Made by a program: the position numbers and the translations under genes. Source: Candidatus Aenigmatarchaeota archaeon (GTDB taxonomy: Archaea > Aenigmatarchaeota > Aenigmatarchaeia > GW2011-AR5 > JAGGXF01). From it: a stretch of DNA of 64,000 nt. This document shows, piece after piece, positions 56,631-64,000 of the stretch. Every line of letters begins with the position of its first letter. Position 1 is the first letter of the stretch. Location of the stretch: assembly GCA_021163205.1 (NCBI GenBank), contig JAGGXF010000003.1, positions 1,200 to 65,199 on the forward strand, read 5' to 3'. Under the pieces are notes generated by a model that saw only the letters and a program-made list of their open reading frames with translations, searched no databases and was not told where the DNA came from.

Positions 56631-57425
56631 ATGAATATGAAAATCTTGGAGAAGAGTCCAAAGTTTGTGAAATTCGTTTTGGAAAAAACTACCCCAGCGT
56701 TTGCAAACGCCTTAAGAGAGATTATGGTAGCAGAAATACCAACTATGGCTATTGAATATGTAGACATAGAAAAAAATACAACAGGTTTATTTGATGAGCT
56801 TCTTGCTCATCGCCTGGGGTTAATACCACTAACCTTCGACTCAAGGCTTTTCAACCTCAAGGAAGAATGTAAATGTGGTGGTAAAGGATGCAGTAGATGC
56901 GAAGTCATATTAACTCTTGAAAAAAAAGGACCATGCAAAGTATATTCTGGTGACCTGAAAAGCAATGAGGACAGCGTAAAACCAACAAACCCAAACATAC
57001 CAGTAGTTGAGTTGCTTGAAGGCAGAGAACTCAAACTACAAGCTGTTGCATCACTCGGAATAGGAAAAAACCACGCAAAGCATCAGGCAGCTGTGGTGGG
57101 CTATCAATATTTGCCACACATAAGAATAGATAAAGATAAGTGCAATAATTGTGGTGTGTGTGTGGAGAAATGCCCGAAAAAAATTTTACAGAAAAAAGAT
57201 GGAAAGGTTTGCATAGTCAACAGCATGGAATGTTCACTCTGCATGTACTGCGTTGATAATTGTGAGAAAAGAGCGATAGCCGTAAGCGGAGATGAAAAAA
57301 ACATTTTATTCCGCGTTGAAACAGTCTCTGGTTTGACAGCACCAGAAATCATAAAACAAGCTTTTAATGTGCTAAACAAAAAATTATCGATTTTCAAAGA
57401 TGGGCTCGAAAAGGCAGTCAAATGA
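56631..57425 (+). CDS. rpoD: DNA-directed RNA polymerase subunit D (Rpo3) with 4Fe-4S ferredoxin-like insert
   Basis: 264 aa. Dimerisation domain. CNNCGVCVEKCP and CSLCMYCVDNC cysteine clusters (domain 3 of archaeal Rpo3). Confidence 0.8.
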   Translation: MNMKILEKSPKFVKFVLEKTTPAFANALREIMVAEIPTMAIEYVDIEKNTTGLFDELLAHRLGLIPLTFDSRLFNLKEECKCGGKGCSRCEVILTLEKKGPCKVYSGDLKSNEDSVKPTNPNIPVVELLEGRELKLQAVASLGIGKNHAKHQAAVVGYQYLPHIRIDKDKCNNCGVCVEKCPKKILQKKDGKVCIVNSMECSLCMYCVDNCEKRAIAVSGDEKNILFRVETVSGLTAPEIIKQAFNVLNKKLSIFKDGLEKAVK

Positions 57426-57475
57426 ACCCTCTGGGCGAATCTTTTAATAACGAAATGAAATAATACTGATATAAC

Positions 57476-57620
57476 GCTGGGGTACCCAAGTCATGGTCTT
57501 TTTGACCACTTGAATGGCCAAAGGGGCAGGTTCATTTGACTCCTGACCAAAGGTCAAATGATGTCATACTTAAGATCCTGTGACTTAGTGTCTGCGTGGG
57601 TTCAAATCCCATCCCCAGCA
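57476..57620 (+). tRNA. class II tRNA (probably tRNA-Leu, anticodon likely CAG) with putative 20-nt D-loop intron (57499-57518) and ~38-nt anticodon-loop intron
   Basis: Acceptor GCTGGGG/CCCCAGC plus A73. Intact T-arm GTGGG-TTCAAAT-CCCAT. D-arm CCC-AAGTCATGGTC[TTTTTGACCACTTGAATGGC]CAAA-GGG is collinear with the tRNA-Ser D-arm once the insert is removed. Anticodon stem GCAGG/CCTGT encloses ~45 nt (TTC...AGAT). Long variable arm GACTTAGTGTCTGC. Isotype assignment is uncertain. Confidence 0.55.
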
Positions 57621-57630
57621 TTGTATCAAT

Positions 57631-57972
57631 ATGGGCGATTTGATGAAAAAAACAGACAAAACCTTGATTGAACTTGTAAAGAAGTTGAAAAAACGCAAAG
57701 AGGGGTTTTACCAAGCATTGGCTAGATATCTATCGGCAGCGAGAAGAAAACGCACCGCTGTAAATATCGCGAAGATAGACAAAATTGGAAAAGAGGGGGA
57801 ATTGATTGTCGTTCCAGGAAAAGTTCTTGGGAACGGAATATTAACAAAAAATATCTCCGTATGTGCATATTCATTCAGTAAGTCTGCTGAGAAAAAAATA
57901 AAAGAAAGGGGAAATATCGTGTCTTGGGATGAGCTCATTGAGAAAAATATGCGAGGAAGAATCATTATATAG
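57631..57972 (+). CDS. rpl18e: 50S ribosomal protein L18e
   Basis: KTDKTLIELVKKLKK...YQALARYLSAARRKRTAVNIAKIDKIGKEGELIVVPGKVLGNG matches L18e. Confidence 0.8.
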   Translation: MGDLMKKTDKTLIELVKKLKKRKEGFYQALARYLSAARRKRTAVNIAKIDKIGKEGELIVVPGKVLGNGILTKNISVCAYSFSKSAEKKIKERGNIVSWDELIEKNMRGRIII

Positions 57973-57988
57973 AACTATGGTGTGAAAA

Positions 57989-58393
57989 ATGATAATAGAT
58001 GCAAAAGATGCTGTGCTTGGGCGACTATCAACATTCGTAGCTAAAAAACTCTTAGAAGAAGAAAAGATTCACATAGTCAATAGTGAAAAGGCTATAATAA
58101 CAGGGAATAATAAAAAAATTTTTGAAAAATATCTCCAGAGAAGACATCGCGGAGATGTGTATAAGGGTCCCTTTTTTCCGAAAAAACCAAATATGATCGT
58201 AAGAAGAACGATAGCGGGAATGTTACCGAAAAATAAAAGAGGCAGAAATGCAATAAAAAGACTGAAAGTTTATATAGGAATTCCAGAAAAGTTTAAAGAC
58301 AAAAAAATAGAAAAGTTCGACAACAAGAAGAACATTAGAACGAGCTTCGTGCGTATAGAAAAAATATCACAAGAATTGGGCTGGTCTGAATGA
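57989..58393 (+). CDS. rpl13: 50S ribosomal protein L13 (uL13)
   Basis: [39 protein letters not shown] matches L13. Confidence 0.85.
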   Translation: MIIDAKDAVLGRLSTFVAKKLLEEEKIHIVNSEKAIITGNNKKIFEKYLQRRHRGDVYKGPFFPKKPNMIVRRTIAGMLPKNKRGRNAIKRLKVYIGIPEKFKDKKIEKFDNKKNIRTSFVRIEKISQELGWSE

Positions 58394-58800
58394 AGAAAAA
58401 AATTATAGTTGCGACGGGAAAGAGAAAAAAGGCAATAGCAAGAGCCACCATCAAAGATGGTTCTGGTGTGGTTAGAATAAACTCCAAACCAATTGAGAAT
58501 ATAACCCCAAGACTTGTGCGTATGAGAATAGAAGAGCCACTTCTACTTGCCCCGAAACTAGCAAAAAAAGTAAACATAAATGTAAATGTTAGAGGTGGTG
58601 GCATCTCAGGACAGGCTGACGCATGTAGAACAGCCATAGCCAATGCACTAGTTAAATTCGAAAACGACAAAAAACTTAAAGAATTGTTTATCAATTATGA
58701 TAGGTCTCTGCTCATATCGGACTCGAGAAGAACAGAACCCCACAAACCTTCAAGAAGCTCTGCTGGCCCAAGAAGAAAGAAACAGCAGAGTAAAAGATAG
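58390..58800 (+). CDS. rps9: 30S ribosomal protein S9 (uS9)
   Basis: [28 protein letters not shown]...[19 protein letters not shown]...[26 protein letters not shown] matches S9. Confidence 0.85.
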   Translation: MKKKIIVATGKRKKAIARATIKDGSGVVRINSKPIENITPRLVRMRIEEPLLLAPKLAKKVNINVNVRGGGISGQADACRTAIANALVKFENDKKLKELFINYDRSLLISDSRRTEPHKPSRSSAGPRRKKQQSKR

Positions 58801-58873
58801 CCTGAAGAACCAGATAGTGAGAATCTGATGTACAGTTTGATGAATTAAAACAAATGGATTAAAGGTGATAATT

Positions 58874-59068
58874 ATGTTGATACCTGTTAGATGCATGACT
58901 TGTGGCAGACCAATTAGTCAGTACTGGGAAGAATTCAAGAAGCGGGTCAAAAAAGGTGAAAAACCAGAAAAAGTTCTGGATGACCTTGGAATCAAAAATT
59001 ATTGTTGCCGAGCGTTGTTTTTAACACACCAGGACACGTTCAGAGAAGTCGCAAAATTTCTGCCGTAG
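58874..59068 (+). CDS. rpoN: DNA-directed RNA polymerase subunit Rpo10 (RpoN)
   Basis: MLIPVRCMTCGRPISQYWEEF...GIKNYCCRALFLTHQD matches the RpoN/Rpb10 zinc-bundle consensus. Confidence 0.8.
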   Translation: MLIPVRCMTCGRPISQYWEEFKKRVKKGEKPEKVLDDLGIKNYCCRALFLTHQDTFREVAKFLP

Positions 59069-59192
59069 AAAAACACCCTGACAATAGTTGACTTATTGTT
59101 GGCCTGATCTATTGATAATTAAGTTTCGCATCCAATATAACTCTTCGTAGTAAAATCTTTAGATACCTTTCCTAACCAAGCAAAATAAAAAA

Positions 59193-59375
59193 TCAGGCTA
59201 TTATTACTTTGTTTTTTCCCTTGAATTTCGTCCCGGTCTTCGTTGTTTTCGGTCTGTAACCCTCTGCGAGTTTCCTGATACTCTCCAGCGCTGCTACCTC
59301 AGACGCCGTCATATTTTTTCTGGTCTCTTTTGTTTTCTTAGATCTTTTCTTTTTATGTCTTTTTTTCTCTACCAC
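59193..59375 (-). CDS. small highly basic hypothetical protein
   Basis: 60-aa ORF, K/R-rich (MVEKKRHKKKRSKKTKETRKN...). Co-oriented downstream of thiL. Coding status uncertain. Confidence 0.3.
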   Translation of the reverse strand: MVEKKRHKKKRSKKTKETRKNMTASEVAALESIRKLAEGYRPKTTKTGTKFKGKNKVIIA

Positions 59376-59408
59376 ACAATCACCATAGTGGTTGGATTCT
59401 TAGAATCT

Positions 59409-60392
59409 TTATTTATGACTATCATTTATATTACTTTTGAAGTGGTCATATCCATCCCCAAGTTTTATTTTTTTCCCATTGGATACCATATATATTCCCC
59501 TATTTCTGGGCAAAATTCTTCCAACCACAGAAAAGTTCTTGAATTGTTTTTTCAGCTTTCGCAAATTTTTTTCAGAAATCGTGAAAACAAGCTCGAAATC
59601 CTCTCCACCGTACAAAGCAAAATCTATGGGATCCTTACCTAGTATTTTCCCGGCTTTTGTTGTGTGCCTCGAGATTGGTATCTTTTCCTTAAAAATTACT
59701 GCCCCCTTCTTACTCATGTCACAAATGTGTCTGATCTCTGACGCAAGCCCATCCGAAACATCAATCATGGCATTTGCAAACTGAGAAATTATCTGCGCTT
59801 CCTTGAGTCTAGCCTTCGGCTCAAGATATGGCTTAATATATCCCTTCTTTTCTTTAATTAAAAGACTTAAACCTGCTGATGATTTTCCCAGATGACCTGT
59901 CACACATACAAAATCTCCTGTCTTTGCTCCTGACCTTAATCTCAGATTTTCTTGACTAGTTTCACCAAGCATAGAAACAGTTATAGAAATCTCTGAACCA
60001 TGTGTTATATTACCACCAACTATCTCGAAGCCATATTTTTTTGCGACAGAGCAAATTCCCCTGTACAAACCATCGACAAAACCCACGGGCGTATTCTCAC
60101 GCAGGCATAACGATACCAGCGCATACTTCGGAATCCCACCCATCGCTGCAATGTCTGACACGTTGCTTTCCATAGATTTTTTTCCAACCTGAACTGGAGT
60201 AAACCACTTGAAACTAAAGTGGTCGTTTTCAACGAGCGTGTCCGTTGTCCAAAGAAGGTACTTTCCACTTATATTTATAACTGCTGCGTCATCTCCAACG
60301 CCAATAAGAGCGTTTTTGCTCTTTATATCTCTCGAAATTCTTTTTATCAAATCAACTTCTCCGATATCTTTTATACAAAATTTCTTTCTCAT
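59409..60392 (-). CDS. thiL: thiamine-monophosphate kinase ThiL (PurM-like superfamily)
   Basis: DLIKRISRDIKSKNALIGVGDDAAVINISGKYLLWTTDTLVENDHF matches the ThiL N-terminus. Downstream of thiE. Confidence 0.75.
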   Translation of the reverse strand: MRKKFCIKDIGEVDLIKRISRDIKSKNALIGVGDDAAVINISGKYLLWTTDTLVENDHFSFKWFTPVQVGKKSMESNVSDIAAMGGIPKYALVSLCLRENTPVGFVDGLYRGICSVAKKYGFEIVGGNITHGSEISITVSMLGETSQENLRLRSGAKTGDFVCVTGHLGKSSAGLSLLIKEKKGYIKPYLEPKARLKEAQIISQFANAMIDVSDGLASEIRHICDMSKKGAVIFKEKIPISRHTTKAGKILGKDPIDFALYGGEDFELVFTISEKNLRKLKKQFKNFSVVGRILPRNRGIYMVSNGKKIKLGDGYDHFKSNINDSHK

Positions 60393-60401
60393 AAATACCG
60401 C

Positions 60402-61043
60402 TTAATTGTTGTTAGAGAATTTCACATAATTCTTAATCATTTCTCTTAGGATTCTAACCTCTTCTTCCACATTATTCTTTCCAGCAATAGCCGATATCAT
60501 ACAAACTCTCTCTGCGCCGGCGTTCAGAACATCTTTCAGATTTTCTCTGTTTATTCCACCAATAACGGCAAATGGTATTTTAAGATTTGCTTTCGCCTGT
60601 CTTATTATATCAAGTCCGATGGGCTCTCCAGCATCTTTTTTCGTCTTCGTCTTGAATATTGGCCCAAAGCTTATGTAATCTGCTCCCAGTTCTTCATACT
60701 TTTTTGCATCTTCCAAAGACCGGACAGAGACTCCTATGATTTTTGAATCGCCTAATATTTTTCTGGCTGTCATAAAATCTATGTCGTCATCTCCTATATG
60801 AACGCCATCGGCACCTGATGCCAGAGCTACATCGACTCTATCATCCACGATAAAAACTACGTTTTTTTGTTTGCATATCTTTCCTATTTCTCTCGCTTCT
60901 TTTATCATTTCTCTGGTGCTCTTTTCCTTTTCTCTATATTGAACTATTCGCACCCCACCTCTGATAGCAGATATCACATCATCAACGATTCCTTTTTTAG
61001 AAAGATGTCTGTCTGTTATAAAATATAAATCGAAATCAATCAT
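60402..61043 (-). CDS. thiE: thiamine-phosphate synthase ThiE (start likely MIDFDLYFITD)
   Basis: LYFITDRHL...VRIVQYREK...GADGVHIGDDD...VIGGI are ThiE signature blocks. The ORF-track start at 61139 is probably too far upstream. Confidence 0.75.
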   Translation of the reverse strand: MIDFDLYFITDRHLSKKGIVDDVISAIRGGVRIVQYREKEKSTREMIKEAREIGKICKQKNVVFIVDDRVDVALASGADGVHIGDDDIDFMTARKILGDSKIIGVSVRSLEDAKKYEELGADYISFGPIFKTKTKKDAGEPIGLDIIRQAKANLKIPFAVIGGINRENLKDVLNAGAERVCMISAIAGKNNVEEEVRILREMIKNYVKFSNNN

Positions 61044-61239
61044 TCCGCAACACCCCATTCTTAAAAATTTGGCTGATTTAAATTTTGATCGCTTTGACCG
61101 ATTTAAAAATAAAATCATGATATTAGATTTATAAAGCATACTGCATTGGATTCGACACCCCCAGAACCATTGCTTTCACGTTTTTTCCGGATGCTCTCCA
61201 AAATTGCTTTTATATGCTTTTCTAGAAATTTTAGTAATT

Positions 61240-62376
61240 ATGCTGTCCAAAAAATACAAACCAGGAACGACAGAAGAAATTTTAGGCAACCAGAAACAGG
61301 TTTTTGAAATCAAAAAATGGATTAAGAAAAATAAAAAAGGTGGCGCACTTATCATAACAGGACCCCCAGGCTCTGGTAAGACCTTATCTGTTGAACTTAT
61401 TGCAAAAGAGCTTAAATATGATTTGATAAAGCTTGGTGCGGGGGATTTTAGAAATCCAGAAAATATCAAAAAGCTGCTGTTATCAAGCCAGCAGAAAAGC
61501 CTGATGTCAAAAGGAAAAATCATATTTATAGATGAGTTGGACAGCGTTAGTTCTTCTGGGTTTAAAGCAGTACACGAGCTGATAAAACAATCTCCTTACC
61601 CGATTGTTATGATAGTTGATGATATTTACTCAAGAAAACTTGTAAATATAAAGAAAAAATGTGATATCGTAAAATTTTACAAAATAAGGCAACCCTCTCT
61701 TATGAAATTCCTGAAAAAAATAGCAGAAAAAGAGGGAATTAGAACCAACGATATAATACTCAAAAAAATAGTGGCGACTTCCAACGGAGACGTCAGGGCA
61801 GCACTAAACGACTTGGAATCTTTGTCTGTTAACCCAGGCGAAGATAATTACAGGGATGTAGAAAACAAAATCTTCGAAACGATCAACGTTATATTGAAAA
61901 CAAAAAACCCCGAAAATGTAAGAATAGCATTGAAGAATTCAAATAAAACTCTGGATGAAATCGTCTGGTGGCTCGAAGAGAATATAAAAAGAGAGTATGA
62001 AAAAAAGGAAGAACTTGCAAAAGCATATGATGCCTTATCACGCATAGATGTCATACAAACCAGAATAATGAAGCGACAAGCGTGGTCTTTACAAAGCTAT
62101 ATTCCGGACCTCGTTATAGCCATTGCTCTGTCTAAAAATGAAAAATATAAAAAATTTGTGAATTACAGCCCACCCACTTTCTTCCTTATGTATGGAAAAA
62201 GGAAATCAAAAAAGCTAGACGCTTTGCTTGAAAAAATGAGCAAAGAACTTCATGTCTCAAAAAAGACTGCTATGAACTATCTTAATCTCGTTGCTATGCT
62301 CGTTAAAAACAAAGTAATAAAAATCGACAAAGAAGATAAGCACATCCTTTTCGAAGCAACAGGACAGATAAAATGA
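61240..62376 (+). CDS. rfcL: replication factor C large subunit (clamp-loader AAA+ ATPase)
   Basis: MLSKKYKPGTTEEILGNQKQ (the WxxKYRP-like RFC box II). Walker A ITGPPGSGKT. Walker B IFIDELD. No SRC motif. Sensor 2 region SNGDVRAALNDLE. Confidence 0.7.
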   Translation: MLSKKYKPGTTEEILGNQKQVFEIKKWIKKNKKGGALIITGPPGSGKTLSVELIAKELKYDLIKLGAGDFRNPENIKKLLLSSQQKSLMSKGKIIFIDELDSVSSSGFKAVHELIKQSPYPIVMIVDDIYSRKLVNIKKKCDIVKFYKIRQPSLMKFLKKIAEKEGIRTNDIILKKIVATSNGDVRAALNDLESLSVNPGEDNYRDVENKIFETINVILKTKNPENVRIALKNSNKTLDEIVWWLEENIKREYEKKEELAKAYDALSRIDVIQTRIMKRQAWSLQSYIPDLVIAIALSKNEKYKKFVNYSPPTFFLMYGKRKSKKLDALLEKMSKELHVSKKTAMNYLNLVAMLVKNKVIKIDKEDKHILFEATGQIK

Positions 62377-62387
62377 ATTAACCATAC

Positions 62388-62816
62388 TTAGGATACGGAA
62401 TGTGCCCAAGAATCTTGTATTGTCATCTGATTGGAACGAAGAGAAGCGGTTAAAAATATGGTGGGGCAAGAGATTGTGTAATTCACATCAAGATATTTTC
62501 CTTTTTTTCCCATTTCTTCTCTGGCGAACTCTATAAACTTGTTCAGATTTTTTGTGACGTTTGAGCAATCAGATGAGTCTATCACATTATTCAAGTCGGA
62601 TTGGATATTTTCAAAATAATAATCTTCATCTATGGTTGCAGAAGAAGAGGTATCAATCAAATAATAGCCCTTAAAAAGCATTGAAATTACAAGGAAAGCG
62701 CTGGATATGACAATAGCTGATATTATGAACCACTGCCCTTTTTTTCCAGCGAAATGCTCCGAGTTATGTGTCAAATCATATGATCTTGATAATCTGGGCA
62801 TGGAAACTATCACCAA
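62388..62816 (-). CDS. small hypothetical membrane-anchored protein
   Basis: 142 aa with a single N-terminal TM helix (WFIISAIVISSAFLVISMLF). Confidence 0.35.
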   Translation of the reverse strand: MVIVSMPRLSRSYDLTHNSEHFAGKKGQWFIISAIVISSAFLVISMLFKGYYLIDTSSSATIDEDYYFENIQSDLNNVIDSSDCSNVTKNLNKFIEFAREEMGKKGKYLDVNYTISCPTIFLTASLRSNQMTIQDSWAHSVS

Positions 62817-63105
62817 TCTTCATTACACCATTTTTGTCAACAAGTCCTGCTTCTAGAAGTACCTTAACTGCTCTCTCACCAACGATGTTTGCGATGGTGC
62901 ACGACTTAACAAGCTCTATAATCTTTTCTGAGCTGACAAGCTCTGTTCCGTAGAACGATTTCTCTATGGCCATCTCTATATCGTCATCTCTCAAAATTTT
63001 GCCAATAAGCTCTTCATCTGCTATGGCAACTAGAACATCTTTACCTTGCCTGAAAACCTTATGAAAAAACATTTCAGACATATCTCTTAGCCCCACATGC
63101 CTCAC
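62776..63105 (-). CDS. conserved hypothetical protein (start may be internal Met)
   Basis: 109-aa ORF co-oriented with and overlapping the end of aIF2-beta. No recognisable motif. Confidence 0.35.
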   Translation of the reverse strand: MRHVGLRDMSEMFFHKVFRQGKDVLVAIADEELIGKILRDDDIEMAIEKSFYGTELVSSEKIIELVKSCTIANIVGERAVKVLLEAGLVDKNGVMKIGDSFHAQIIKII

Positions 63106-63469
63106 ATTTCAGAACCATTGCCCTGCCAGACTTCTCTAACTTTGTGTCCGGCTTGCCACACTCTTTGCAGAAAACGAACTGATTGGCATAGGACAATATT
63201 TTCTGGTTTATTATATCCTCACTAAGCTTTCTCTGTAAAATTAGTTTATTCCCTTGTATAGAACCAGGTGTAGCCAGGGCGCTATATAAAAATTTTGCGA
63301 CATGTTTCGGTTCTCTCCGAAGTGCCTTAGTTATCTCGTTGAAATTTTTTATCATGGTTTGATTTCCAGCAAGAGATATAACAACCTTAGGTATTTCAAA
63401 TCGTTCCTTGTGTGCACCTTTCTCTGGTAATTCCTCAAATGCCTTTTTCAGTAGTTGTTCATAGTCCAT
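63074..63469 (-). CDS. eif2b: translation initiation factor 2 beta subunit (aIF2-beta)
   Basis: Contains ITKALRREPKHVAKFLYSALATPGSIQGNKLILQRK. C-terminal zinc ribbon CKECGKPDTKLEKSGRAMVLKCEACGA. Confidence 0.85.
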   Translation of the reverse strand: MDYEQLLKKAFEELPEKGAHKERFEIPKVVISLAGNQTMIKNFNEITKALRREPKHVAKFLYSALATPGSIQGNKLILQRKLSEDIINQKILSYANQFVFCKECGKPDTKLEKSGRAMVLKCEACGAKRYV

Positions 63470-63803
63470 TAAAACACCCGCTCAACTGCTTATTATGAAA
63501 CTATATTCACCTGAAAAACTATAAAAAAGAAATATTTATAAAGAATTCCAATGCCAACTATAAAACCTTGACAAGAATTATCATAACAGCTGCTAGAAGG
63601 CCAGAATACTCAACGAGCTCGAATTCTCGAATTGACTCAGAAAAAATATTTATCTCACCCTCATCCTTGTATGTTTCTGTCTTGTTCGTCGCTTCAAAGA
63701 AAACAGGATACGAGCCAGATGCACACCCTATTATCTCATTTATAACTATTGAAATTCTGGTATATAAAGCTTACTTCTGAAATTTCTAATTGATTTCTCC
63801 CAA

Positions 63804-64000
63804 TTAGTCTGTCTTGTTCCTATACTTCCTAGCCATGTGCCTAACAACATATCTTAAGTCATACCAATAATCTTTTAACGAGCGTTTTCTCCTCCTTATG
63901 AGATATAGAAAGTTTCTGAAGCCATCCCCCACTGTAACGCCTTTGCCTCTTATGTAACGCGGAGATTTTATAGGAACATTACACGCTCTAAGTTCATGTT
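63804..64000 (-). CDS. hypothetical protein, C-terminal fragment (N-terminus beyond window end)
   Basis: Open frame on - strand ends ...GKGVTVGDGFRNFLYLIRRRKRSLKDYWYDLRYVVRHMARKYRNKTD with stop at 63804-63806. Confidence 0.3.
   Translation of the reverse strand, partial: HELRACNVPIKSPRYIRGKGVTVGDGFRNFLYLIRRRKRSLKDYWYDLRYVVRHMARKYRNKTD

Noticed and set aside
63568-63780. 70-aa + strand ORF near the window end
   Set aside because: No motifs. It lies in a spacer between aIF2-beta and a minus-strand partial gene, so it is more likely intergenic.

Overview
This is an AT-rich archaeal chromosomal window with compact, often overlapping genes (several ATGA-type start/stop overlaps). Archaeal marker genes are present: L7Ae, Nop10, eS26, aIF2 alpha and beta, aIF5A, TFB, a histone, PriS, Gins51, G1P dehydrogenase and GGGP synthase. 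About 80 genes were called.

Window contents:
- Core information processing: a ribosomal protein/RNAP block (S2; S13-S4-S11-RpoD; L18e-L13-S9-RpoN), an L7Ae-S28e-L24e operon, an S27e-aIF2alpha-Nop10-PAC2-RpoK run, L44e, L10e, Hel308, DNA ligase, PriS+Gins51, RFC large subunit, an RtcB-archease pair, Cbf5, Trm1, TrmI and Trm112.
- Metabolism: ether-lipid biosynthesis (GGPP synthase, UPP synthase, G1PDH, GGGPS), UDP-GlcNAc synthesis (GlmM-GlmS-GlmU-like), thiamine (ThiE-ThiL), enolase and adenylate kinase.
- Three tRNAs (Pro, Ser, Leu), all oversized. Each appears to carry one or two introns, including non-canonical D-loop and T-loop positions.

Accessory and unusual content:
- An 8.4-kb single-strand array at 1..8400 joins a Tad/Fla-like type IV filament assembly core (FlaI-like ATPase, KaiC/FlaH-like ATPase, two T2SS-F membrane proteins) to two radical SAM enzymes, a Cys-rich signal-peptide protein, an A24 prepilin-peptidase-like protein and two paralogous small proteins.
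- A 2.4-kb cassette (Cys-rich GC-rich ORF, GT2 glycosyltransferase, radical SAM/SPASM enzyme) is bounded by perfect 28-bp direct repeats.
- An archaeosortase-like protein is co-oriented with a 685-aa coiled-coil protein.
- A ~90-bp repeat is present in two distant intergenic regions.

No rRNA genes, CRISPR arrays or obvious transposases were seen.
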